From NCBI GenBank assembly GCA_965215185.1, contig OZ244034.1, forward strand, positions 2,496,001-2,560,000: a stretch of 64,000 bases of DNA, given 5' to 3'. This DNA is from Acidimicrobiia bacterium (GTDB taxonomy: Bacteria > Actinomycetota > Acidimicrobiia > Spongiisociales > ZC4RG35). A program made the position numbers and the translations under genes. The notes below the pieces were generated by a model that searched no databases, was not told where the DNA came from, and was given only the letters and a program-made list of their open reading frames with translations. This document shows positions 1-9,067 of the stretch, piece by piece; the first letter of the stretch is position 1; each line of letters opens with the position of its first letter.

Positions 1-2378
1 GGCGTTACCTCTGTGTCGGTGTTTTGGTGGTTGTGCTGGTGGGGACGGTGGCTGCTCCGACTGTGGCCCAGGAAGCCCCCCCTTCTGAGGATGGGGGTGG
101 GTTTGTGGACATTGAAGGGAATCCTCACGAGGAGGACATCCGCTTTATCGTGAAACGGGGACTAACGGTGGGGTGTGACCTCGACGGGCCTCGGTACTGT
201 CCTGATAGTCCTGTTACAAGAGCGCAGATGGCCGCTTTCTTGGTCCGCGCTCTCCGTTTAGACACCACTGGTCCCTATTTGGGTGTGTATTCCGACGTTG
301 AGGAGGGCACCTGGTATACCCGTGTTGTTGAAGCAATGGGTGCGCACGGGCTCCCCGATACCCAAGTGTCGGGGAGTTACCGACCTTACGATCCCATGCT
401 CCGTTCGGAAATGGCCATTTTCCTGCAAAAGGCGTTCCGGCTTCCGCTAAGCGATGAGGCATCAGCTTCTTCGTTCCAGGATATACCAGCAGACGCCACT
501 TATGCCGCAGCGGCCGAAGCCGTACTGGAAGCGGGAATCACCCGTGGATGCGGTGTCGAACCCCTCCGTTACTGTCCTAACGACACAGTCAAAAGGGACA
601 CCATGGCCGCCTTCTTGGCCAGAGCCATCCGCACATCAGACCTCAAAAAGGTACTGGCCTTGGCACCCGGACGGGAGACCCTTCGGCCTAGCACCATCGG
701 GGCACACACGTGGAAGGTCTGGGTCTGCGACAACGCTCCCATCAAAGAAGATCCCGTAGTCTATCTCAACCGTGAAATCAGCTCGTATTACCAGTGGCTG
801 TCGGGCAGGAAATATCGGATGCGATTCGAATATGGCACCGACCCCACTCCGGAGGTCAGCGCGGTTCTGGACAACTGCGAGAACAAGGGCCACTGGAACC
901 TTAGACCTGCGGGCAACAATATCTTCGTAGGGAGTGATCTATGGACCGTCGGATTCCCCGTCGGCGGTAGAGGGGGAGGGCACTTCGACTCTCAGAGCCA
1001 GCAGTTCTCCCGGAATGTCTGGATGGACAAACGGTCAGTGTATGACACCACTGCGTACGCTCACGAGATCGGCCACACCTTCGGATGGCCCCACAATCAT
1101 AGGGATAGGAACTCTCCAGCATCAGAGCCTCTGCATACCAGGATGGACATCATGGCCAGCCTCGGGCAAGTGATTGGTACCAATGCGCACAATCTCTTTC
1201 AGTTGGGTTGGATAGACCCAGAGAAAGTAGCACTCCATTCCGCAGGAGCGGCCACCTACACGATCACTCCACCCCATTCAGGAGGGGACCTCGAATTGCT
1301 GATGCTACCTCTGGGACCCGACCGGCTCATCAGTATCGGAGCCCGGGTCAAGGAAGGCCTCGACAAGAACATCCGCACAGCCGGAGTCGAGCTTTATGAG
1401 ATAGCCTTCTGCGGGTCGATCCCGGGCTGCAAACAGGTTTACCTTCCCCCCGGCGCCCAGTCCAAGGATCCTGTAGTCCTAGACGTTGGAGACTCTTGGA
1501 CAGCTCGCGTAACAACGACCCCCGGGGGTAGGCACTCGCAGACCCTCGACATCAAGGTGTCGGTAACCGATCGGCACAACCGATCTTACACCCTAAATGT
1601 AGAGCAAACTACCGTGAGGGAAGAGGAAGATGAGGTCTCTTGGATCACGGTGGGGAAAGGTGGAACTTGCATGCTCCTGACCAGCGGAGCCGTGTTCTGC
1701 TCGGGCGGGGTGCGATCAGTTCCAGAAGGGACATTCACATCTCTAAGTGTCGGATCCTACGCCTGCGGGACGAAAACAGAAGGCGGCATCGAATGCTGGG
1801 GCGGACGGTACGAGGGCATTACAACCCCTAGTGAAGAGTTCACCTCTGTCAGTGTTACTGGCCGCCATGCGTGTGCCCTTCGCAATGATAAAACAGTGGC
1901 GTGCTGGGGACTAGCCAGTGATAGTGAACCCGTCGTTCAACCTCCGGACGGAGAATTTATCTCGGTAAGCCCTGGTCTCTCCCACGCCTGCGGCATTCGA
2001 GTTGACCAAACGGTGCAGTGCTGGGGACAAAACAGTGATGGCGCGGACCTGGCACCACCACCACATGGGGAAGTCTCTGCCGTCAGCTCAGGGGCTAACT
2101 TCTCATGCGGTTTGCGGCCCGATACAAGCTTGACCTGCTGGAGTACACTAAGGGGCTACGGATGGTGGCAACCTCCCCCCGGCCAGTACACCTTTGTTGA
2201 AGCCGGATGGAACGACGCCTGCGCAATCCGCACCGACGGTACCGCCACCTGCTGGGGCCACGGTTACGTCGACTCCACGCCTCCAGAAGGTATCTTCACC
2301 GCCCTCAGCGTTGGGTACCGCCGTGCTTGCGGCCTGCGACCCGACCACACCGTCGAATGCTGGGAGACACCTCGCTAG
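1..2378 (+). CDS. Secreted S-layer homology (SLH) domain protein with metzincin-type Zn peptidase domain and C-terminal RCC1-like repeats (probably 5'-partial)
   Basis: Signal-peptide-like N-terminus (frame is open to the window edge); three SLH-like units (TRAQMAAFL, LRSEMAIFL, KRDTMAAFL); HEIGHTFGWPH = HExxHxxGxxH followed by MDIMA Met-turn; repeated ~38-aa units of the type SVGxxHAC(A/G)(I/L)RxDxTVxCWG. Confidence 0.8.
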   Translation, partial: RYLCVGVLVVVLVGTVAAPTVAQEAPPSEDGGGFVDIEGNPHEEDIRFIVKRGLTVGCDLDGPRYCPDSPVTRAQMAAFLVRALRLDTTGPYLGVYSDVEEGTWYTRVVEAMGAHGLPDTQVSGSYRPYDPMLRSEMAIFLQKAFRLPLSDEASASSFQDIPADATYAAAAEAVLEAGITRGCGVEPLRYCPNDTVKRDTMAAFLARAIRTSDLKKVLALAPGRETLRPSTIGAHTWKVWVCDNAPIKEDPVVYLNREISSYYQWLSGRKYRMRFEYGTDPTPEVSAVLDNCENKGHWNLRPAGNNIFVGSDLWTVGFPVGGRGGGHFDSQSQQFSRNVWMDKRSVYDTTAYAHEIGHTFGWPHNHRDRNSPASEPLHTRMDIMASLGQVIGTNAHNLFQLGWIDPEKVALHSAGAATYTITPPHSGGDLELLMLPLGPDRLISIGARVKEGLDKNIRTAGVELYEIAFCGSIPGCKQVYLPPGAQSKDPVVLDVGDSWTARVTTTPGGRHSQTLDIKVSVTDRHNRSYTLNVEQTTVREEEDEVSWITVGKGGTCMLLTSGAVFCSGGVRSVPEGTFTSLSVGSYACGTKTEGGIECWGGRYEGITTPSEEFTSVSVTGRHACALRNDKTVACWGLASDSEPVVQPPDGEFISVSPGLSHACGIRVDQTVQCWGQNSDGADLAPPPHGEVSAVSSGANFSCGLRPDTSLTCWSTLRGYGWWQPPPGQYTFVEAGWNDACAIRTDGTATCWGHGYVDSTPPEGIFTALSVGYRRACGLRPDHTVECWETPR

Positions 2379-2846
2379 ATGAGCTTCCCACATAGGTGGG
2401 TTCCAAGTTGGGTGATGGGTAGTTGGCCTTGTAGTGAGCTGTGGGGTCTGCGGTGATCCCTGTTCAGCCAATCTCTTATTACCGGCAATGATGAAGGCTT
2501 TTTCCTCAGGAGTTGGTGGCCGGTCAGGGAAGACCAGCCGATGCTCCAGTCGGATCACGCAAGCCGCCACCCCGACCCTTTCGACAGCGACCGATCTCAC
2601 CTGTTCGGCTTGTGCCTTGGAATCGCGGTCTAGTCCCGTCTCGGCAGCGTCCAACAGAACTTGGAACGGGTAAACCCGTTTCGTGTTCGACGTGACAGGA
2701 ACGACTATGACAACCCCACGTCCAAGCCGTGCCGCAATCGTGTTGGCACCGTCATTGCTGACGATCACAGCCAGCCGGATCCGGGCTGCCTCGACCCCGA
2801 CGACGTTACCGAGATTCACGACGCGGATGTCTCCGCGACGCATCAA
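2148..2846 (-). pseudogene. PemK/MazF-family toxin, C-terminus replaced and native stop lost
   Basis: MRRGDIRVVNL...AVIVSND...VVPVTSN...SKAQAEQVRSV is MazF-like for ~95 aa. The frame then turns into unrelated sequence and runs ~230 nt antisense into the SLH gene. Confidence 0.7.
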
Positions 2847-2955
2847 CTAAACCCCGTCGGCAACGGTGGCATCCCACGCCTCTTCGTCTCGTTGGATGCC
2901 CGCTCCACCCAAAGGAGGGGATCGCCCGCCATCCCTATACTGCTGACGACCCATG
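2847..2955 (-). pseudogene. Remnant of the cognate MazE-type antitoxin C-terminus
   Basis: Short frame ending RDEEAWDATVADGV-stop directly before the toxin start; resembles the WDxTxxDG(L/V) tail of actinobacterial MazF antitoxins. Confidence 0.45.
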
Positions 2956-3425
2956 GGCGATCAACACGATTCATCCTCATCGGATCCGCTGGTCTTGTTG
3001 ATGATTGACTGGCGTGGCTGCCCTGTCGTGGAATACGTTCCAGACAAAGTTTCCGGCAAGCCCTCGTTCGCCGGGTTGCGGTTGCCTGTCGGGATCTTTG
3101 TTGATTGGGTAACCGGTGGACACAGCATAGAAGACTTCGAAGATGGTTATCGCGTGGGATTGAACAAACTACGCGTTGCCGCGGAATACCTCAACAGTGA
3201 CCCGCCTGTCCAAGTCGCTGATCTGAGGAAGTGCCCAGAGGTAGAATTCAGACCCGACGGTACCCCTGGTCTGACGGGTTCCGGGTTCCCAGTAGATATA
3301 ACTTCAACCACCTCAAGGGTGGCCGTACATCACAAGAAATCTGCGACAACTTCGGAGTTGATCACAACCAGGTCCGGTCGGTTATAGCCTGCCTTGCCGA
3401 CCCTAAGGAGTCAACAGCCAAATGA
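2953..3425 (+). pseudogene. Tandem DUF433-domain antitoxin-like protein, frameshifted near 3300
   Basis: First domain PDKVSGKPSFAGLRLPV...GHSIEDFEDGY. The second domain is split between frames: GTPGLTGSGFPVDI / FNHLKGGRTSQEICDNF. Its stop overlaps the next start (ATGA at 3422-3425). Confidence 0.7.
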
Positions 3426-3625
3426 AAATCCTTCTCGACAAATGCGTGCATGAGGGACTACGGCATCATCTTCCCGGCACAGTTCACACGGCTCGGTACA
3501 TGGGCTGGGGCTCATTGCCCAACGGCAAGCTGCTCGACGAAGCCGAGCGGCATGGGTATGACGTTGTCGTGACGGCAGACAGCCGTATGATTGTCCAGGG
3601 AGACCGAACCCGCTGCTTGCGTTAA
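3422..3625 (+). pseudogene. DUF5615/VapC45-like PIN toxin, truncated
   Basis: MKILLDKCV...VHTARYMGWGSLPNGKLL...DVVVTAD matches the N-terminal half of this PIN family, the usual partner of DUF433; only 67 aa. Confidence 0.7.
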
Positions 3626-3707
3626 AGAGTTTGACCATTTTCCCCACCAGAAAAGAGGGGAAAAGACACTTGCAATTGTACGTCGATGCGACGTACACTG
3701 AGTCCTT

Positions 3708-3980
3708 ATGGACACAAAGACCAAACGGTGGACCCTCAGGGTGACACCGGCCCAGGACACAATCGTGCGCCAGGTACTGAGTACCAGCGGGATGTCACTG
3801 AGCGAGTACGTAGTCAGCCGTGCAGTCGCCTCGGCTGTCGAAGACCTAGCCGACCGTCAGGTCTTTGCCGTGTCTGCAGAGGTTTGGGAAAAGCTTCAAG
3901 AGGTGCTCCAACGCCCGGCGACAGCCAAGCCCAAGATCGCGGCGTTGCTGGCCGAGGACTCGGTACTCGACTCGGGGTGA
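3708..3980 (+). CDS. DUF1778-family (TacA/AtaR-like) antitoxin
   Basis: KTKRWTLRVT...MSLSEYVV...LADRQVFAVSAEVWEKLQEVLQRP; 90 aa; GTGA overlap with the downstream GNAT gene. Confidence 0.85.
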   Translation: MDTKTKRWTLRVTPAQDTIVRQVLSTSGMSLSEYVVSRAVASAVEDLADRQVFAVSAEVWEKLQEVLQRPATAKPKIAALLAEDSVLDSG

Positions 3981-4465
3981 GCCCATATCAGGGGCCAGAG
4001 CTGCTGGCTGCTTCGCATGATGTTGGCAGATTCGACTGCGGAAACGAGTCTCTCAACCACTGGATCAAGAGTCGGGCGCCACGCAATCAGCGAGAAGGTT
4101 CAAGCCGTACCTGGGTCGTTACGGACGGCACTGGGGTGGTCGGTTTCTACGCGTCTGCCACGGCGGTAGTGGCCCGTACAGAGGCCACTACACGCGCTGC
4201 CCGTAACCAGCCCGACCCTCTGCCCGCAATGCTCCTCGGTCGTCTGGCCGTTGACCGCAACCACCAAGGTAAGGGCCTCGCCGCGGCACTGCTCAAACAC
4301 TTCCTCCTCAAAGCGCTCGAAGTAGCCGAACTCACCGGGCTACGGCTGGTGCTAGTCCACGCCAAAGACTCCCAGGCCGCTGGCTTCTACCGCCACTACG
4401 GGTTCGAACCTTCCCGAGTCGACGACCTGACACTCATGCTATTGATCAAAGACATCCAACCCTGA
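3977..4465 (+). CDS. GNAT-family toxin (TacT/AtaT-like aminoacyl-tRNA acetyltransferase)
   Basis: HDVGRFDCGNESLNHW, VVGFYA, LLGRLAVDRNHQGKGLAAALL, VHAKDSQAAGFYRHYGF; GTG start at 3977 coupled to the antitoxin stop. Confidence 0.9.
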   Translation: MSPYQGPELLAASHDVGRFDCGNESLNHWIKSRAPRNQREGSSRTWVVTDGTGVVGFYASATAVVARTEATTRAARNQPDPLPAMLLGRLAVDRNHQGKGLAAALLKHFLLKALEVAELTGLRLVLVHAKDSQAAGFYRHYGFEPSRVDDLTLMLLIKDIQP

Positions 4466-4977
4466 AAAGCGCTGGGCGTGCAATCTCCGTCGGACGTGGC
4501 GCCAAAAAGAAATGGCAGGGCTGGGCAGTTATCGGACAATTAGAGCGACCTTGCCCCTCGGCAACAGTTCGCTTTTTGCTGTCGCCTCAAAGCGCATCGA
4601 CCTGGGCGAAGTGGCCTGCACCTACATCATCACCGCCTATGTCGAGGCCCACCAACGCCAAACATAAACCCTTCAATGAGCCTCTTATCGGCTGACCAAG
4701 CCCCCCGGCACCGCCCCATCCAGGGACCCCTTCCCACTTAGCAAGGCCCGGCCTGCTATTGATTCCGTGGCCACTCGGCGATGCGGTGGGGGTGTCGTAG
4801 TGGTTGACTCTTTGTTCGACTGGTTGCAGTCCGGTGTTTTCGGTGATCTGGTGGGTGATGTTTTGGTCGGACCGCAAGGTGCGCCGAAGGCCCAAGCCCA
4901 CGGGGTAACGGCCCTTTTGGGCTTTTCTTTGGAATTGCGGTGCCCCGTGTCCCAGGCGTCGGGTACGGTTCGGAGTC

Positions 4978-5943
4978 ATGCAACTTCAGCTCCCGGAACC
5001 CGGGTCGGTATTGTCAGCCACGGCCGACAACCTGGCCAGTTCCCGCTCGATGGAGACCCGCCGTGCCTATCAGCGGATGGTTGGCCGTTGGGTGGAATGG
5101 GCGACCCGTCGGGGAGCCTGGCCCAAGACATGGACCACCCCTCCAGAGGGGTGGCGTTCTGCGACCGCCGGGGATGTGGCCGACTGGCTGTCGACCCTGG
5201 CCGCCACCGGCCTGGGTATCTCGACGGTGCGCACCGCCCGCGCTGCAAGTGTCGGCCGCCCATCGGGAGGGTGCCAGCCTCCAGACGCTCGCCGGTGGTC
5301 CGACGGTGGCCGATCCCACGCAGGATTGGCTGGTGTCAGCCAGATCGCCGGGATAGCCCGGCGTGTCGGCTCTTCGACGCAGGCGGCCGGGCTGCGAACC
5401 GACAGCTTTGCCCGGATCCTGGCCGTGGTGGAGTTGCAGGCCGACCCGAGCACCCCCCGAGGACGGATGGCCATCCGTGACGCGGCGCTTCTGTCGGTGA
5501 TGCGTGACGGGTTGTTACGCCGGGGAGAAGCCGCCGCGCTCCACTGGGACGACCTGACCATCGAAGACGACGGTTCGGGGCAGCTCACGGTGCAGCGTTC
5601 CAAGTCCGACCAGACCGGCGAGGGGGCGGTGCTGTGGATCAGTCCGCAGACCATCGAGGCGACAGAACGCTGGCGGAAAATAGCCACCACCACGTCCTCG
5701 ATGTTCGATCTGTCGGCCCGGTCGGTGGGTCGGGTGGTCACCCGCCGTGCCGAGGCGGTGGGTCTTCAGGCCTCCGGCCACTCTTTGCGGGTGGGAATGG
5801 CCCAGGACCTGGCCGCCTCGGGCATTAGCCTGCCCGAGTTGTGTCAGGCAGGCTGGTGGCAATCCCCGACAATGGCCATCCGTTATTTACGCTCCCAGGC
5901 GGCCGACCGGGGAGCGGTGGCCCGCTACTACCGGCATTCCTGA
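4978..5943 (+). CDS. Cre-like tyrosine recombinase
   Basis: RDAALL...LLRRGE (Arg), RSKSDQ (Lys), GHSLRVG (HxxR), AGWW (Trp, Cre-type), MAIRY (Tyr). Confidence 0.85.
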   Translation: MQLQLPEPGSVLSATADNLASSRSMETRRAYQRMVGRWVEWATRRGAWPKTWTTPPEGWRSATAGDVADWLSTLAATGLGISTVRTARAASVGRPSGGCQPPDARRWSDGGRSHAGLAGVSQIAGIARRVGSSTQAAGLRTDSFARILAVVELQADPSTPRGRMAIRDAALLSVMRDGLLRRGEAAALHWDDLTIEDDGSGQLTVQRSKSDQTGEGAVLWISPQTIEATERWRKIATTTSSMFDLSARSVGRVVTRRAEAVGLQASGHSLRVGMAQDLAASGISLPELCQAGWWQSPTMAIRYLRSQAADRGAVARYYRHS

Positions 5944-6367
5944 AACCTGAAAAAGGGCGCCCGGAACCGGCGGAATGCGAAAAAACCGCCTAAGGTGATC
6001 GCTCACTAGTGGCAGTTGCCGGACATCCCTCACTTTTTCTCAGAGCACCCCCCTTACCTTGTTGAGGTATATCCCTTGTGTGATGCTTGGGGCTGATCGC
6101 CCGCCACGGCGGCCTGGAGCGATTACCCCTGATTAGGAATCTGGACTGCGGCAAAGACAGTGGCGGCCAGCCATGGCGACGCCCGATGCGGTGACGGTCG
6201 GTGACTACCACTTGAAGAATGTGGTTGCCTGGCACCTTGAAGGTCGCCCGCGTGGGACCGACGAAGAGATGATGGCACTTATCGGCGGCAGGGTGGTGAG
6301 ACTGTTGGAAGAGGCGGGCCCGGCGCCGTCGGTTCGGACCGGGCATGCCGCTACGAGATTTTCGGTA

Positions 6368-7252
6368 TCAGTGAGTTGATCGCAGAAAAGAGACAATCGC
6401 CTCTCCCACGACCTGAGGGTTCGCCAAAGCACGGTGATACGCGTTAGGAATAACCTCAAGGGTCACGTCATGTCCCGCCGCTACCAAGGCGTCGGTGAAA
6501 TCCTGCGAATGGAAAGGGGGAGCCATTTCGTCCGCCCCGCCGGCCATCAGAAAAAAGCGACGCGGATCATGATTGACCGCTAGCTCAAGGGGATCGAGGA
6601 ATAGCCATAGGTTCTCGGGAACATGCCTCTTCACGGTATGGGCGAAAAACTCGGCCTGTAACCGGTCCCTCTTCCTCAGCCAATCGGCTCCTTCGGGCAG
6701 CAGGGTGGCCAGTGCAGCCTCATGCCAGAGATGTTTGATTTCATAAAGCCCACCCAAGCCGATCATGCCAACAATCTCGCTGGGTTCGTGAGGACAAGAT
6801 TGAGGAATGATGTCTCCCGAGAGGGTCGCCATGGCCACGAGGTTCGCCCCGGCAGAAAAGCCCAGCATCCACACCGGACCGGCCGGATAAGTGAGGTGCG
6901 GTTGTGCCAGCAAAGGCGCTGCGGATGCTATGCAAACCACTTCATGCAGTAGATACAAGAGGTGCCGCCCCTTTGACAAAGGTTGGTAATCGGCGTTGAT
7001 CGCCACCACCCCTTGAGAGGCCAGATATTCGGCCAAAGGTGAGAGTTGGGTACGATTTAGGGCACTATAGCCTCCACCGTAAGTGAGCGTCACTACTGGG
7101 TAGTTCCCCGGCTGAACAGGAGCGTGTATGTCAGCAAGGATCTGGGGCATGAACTCGACGGTTGAGACAGAAGCATCGTAGAGCGACGGCCGGGGTGATG
7201 GGCCGTCGCTCGGCAGAATCAGTCCAGATGAATTGGTCGAGGATTGGCTCAT
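6368..7252 (-). CDS. Alpha/beta hydrolase (esterase/lipase)
   Basis: YGGGY oxyanion motif, GFSAG nucleophile elbow, candidate Asp (GGADE) and His (NAYH). Confidence 0.8.
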   Translation of the reverse strand: MSQSSTNSSGLILPSDGPSPRPSLYDASVSTVEFMPQILADIHAPVQPGNYPVVTLTYGGGYSALNRTQLSPLAEYLASQGVVAINADYQPLSKGRHLLYLLHEVVCIASAAPLLAQPHLTYPAGPVWMLGFSAGANLVAMATLSGDIIPQSCPHEPSEIVGMIGLGGLYEIKHLWHEAALATLLPEGADWLRKRDRLQAEFFAHTVKRHVPENLWLFLDPLELAVNHDPRRFFLMAGGADEMAPPFHSQDFTDALVAAGHDVTLEVIPNAYHRALANPQVVGEAIVSFLRSTH

Positions 7253-7487
7253 TGTCCGTCTGCTCCCTTGACTTGGTACACTTTGGAACCCTACAGGTGG
7301 CCGGGAACAAGACTAAGAGATTATCGGGTAGGGGTGTTGCCTGGCAGCGGCCAAGTCCTGGGGCCATTCCCGGACCCTAGGAACATGAACACCGCCTCCG
7401 GGATGCGATCTCTGGGACTGTCCTTCCCCCGACCGGACGAGGACCAGGAGCAACATTGAGCGATCCGGTCTGGGCGGCGCCATTCCA

Positions 7488-8150
7488 TTGGGCTTGCCAT
7501 ACCGAGCGGTAACTTTTCTCGACCCTGCTCGGCGAACCGCCCGGATAAGCAGTTACCGGACAACCCTCTGGCTCCATCCCTTCGCCGATGGAAACGGCCG
7601 CACTGGAAGGGCGCTTATTCATGTGGCTCTGCGACGACGTGGCTTGGTGCCCAACTTCCTCCCGCCGGTGAGCCTGGTGCTCGCCAACTGGACGGACGAC
7701 TACATAGGAGGACTGACCGCTTACCGGCATACCTCCCCTCCAGATAGTCCCGCCCGTTCCGAAGCTGCCCACACCTGGCTGAGGACTTTCGCGGCAGCCA
7801 CCCGCCAAGCTTGCCTTCACGCTCGACATTACGCCGCCGCCATTACTGACCAGCACGCCAGCTGGCGGGAGCGGATCGCACGGACGCGTAGGGACTCCTC
7901 CTTATTGCTGCTACTAGCCGCTCTACCTGGGGCGCCAGTCATCTCGGTCAAGATCGCCGCCGCCCTCATCGGGCGCTCGACGGTGAACACCAACGCTGCC
8001 ATCAACAGACTGGTGGAAGCCGGAGTGTTGACCCAACGCAACATCGGTAAGCAGCGCTATCGAATCTTTGAGGCCCCCGAGGTCATCGATCTCATCACCG
8101 AGCTGGAGACCGTTCTCAGCACTCCTACTCGGAACATCCAAGACCACTAA
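7488..8150 (+). pseudogene. Fic-family protein, N-terminally truncated
   Basis: Canonical HPFADGNGRTGR lies only ~30 aa into the ORF; C-terminal HTH-like tail (AINRLVEAGVL...RYRIFEA). Confidence 0.75.
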
Positions 8151-8164
8151 GTTGCGAGAACACA

Positions 8165-8459
8165 TGCGTGCCAGACAGGAGTGGAACGCCGAACAGATTC
8201 CGGATCTGACGGAGAAGGTGGTTGTGGTCACGGGGGCCAACAGCGGAATCGGACTGGAGGCTGCCAAAGATTTCGCCCGAAAAGGCGCCAATACGATCCT
8301 CGCCTGTCGATCAGGGAACGAGGACACCGGGCCGTCAGGGGCCTTAGGGAGGAGTTGCCCGACGCCAAGCTTCATCTGATGGCACTCTACCTTGCCAGCC
8401 TGGCCTCCACAGAACCTCCAGAGACTCCCGGACCGCCAACGGCACTTCTTTCTCAATAG
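8165..8459 (+). pseudogene. Short-chain dehydrogenase/reductase fragment
   Basis: [23 protein letters not shown]...TILACRS, then frameshift ([22 protein letters not shown]) and truncation. Confidence 0.75.
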
Positions 8460-8635
8460 GCGCACCTTCCTACCACACCCGAACCCTCCGCTCTACCAGA
8501 AACAGCAGTAGCTTCCCACTCCTGTCTTTTTTCAGCCAACCCAGCAGAAGAAGAGCCAATCGATAGCCCACTACCCCATCCCCACCGTAGTGGGCTCTCC
8601 CACTACCTCAATCCTCCCAGCTACCCACTAACCCA

Positions 8636-8666
8636 TATGACTGATATTCGCTGAGTATCAGTCATA
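8636..8666. repeat. Perfect 11-bp inverted repeat with 9-bp spacer
   Basis: TATGACTGATA-ttcgctgag-TATCAGTCATA. Confidence 0.8.
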
Positions 8667-8920
8667 GCGAGGAAAAGGGAGGCTGTTTTAGTTGAGTGGA
8701 GGTGCGGTCAAGACAGGTTGGTTTCCTTGGTGGTTGAAGTGTCCTGTAGGCGTGTATTTGGCCAGGTCATGGGTTGTTTGTGGTGGTGGGGTTGTCCCAT
8801 GCCGTCCCATGTTGTCCCATCCAATCCGATGATCTTTGGAGTAACGATCGGAGTACCTCACAGGCGGGAACCACGGGGAAATGCCTTGCCGATGTTGAGA
8901 ATAGCGCAAAGGGGGAAGAG

Positions 8921-9067
8921 GTGAAACGACCAGCAACACTTTCGGCCACATTCGTTAGAAAATATACGCCAACCTGGTCGCTATGGCGACGGTCGAGGCG
9001 GTCATGGGCTTTCTCTCTTGGTCAAACCTACCAAGATCGAGGGGCGGGTTTCCAAGTCTTGGGCTCA
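8921..9067 (+). pseudogene. N-terminal arm-binding fragment of a P4-like integrase, cut by ISL3
   Basis: VKRPATLSATFVRK /frameshift/ PGRYGDGRGGHGLSLLVKPTKIEGRVSKSWAQ, ending at the ISL3 left end; similar to the N-terminus of the integrase at 25795. Confidence 0.65.

Noticed and set aside
3686-3976. N-terminal extension of the GNAT ORF (259 aa)
   Set aside because: It overlaps the antitoxin out of frame; the coupled GTG at 3977 gives the expected family length.
8695-8708. GTGGAGGTGCGG as the second att copy of tRNA-Ala
   Set aside because: It shares only CTCCAC (6 bp) with the tRNA-Ala at 27097; too short to support.
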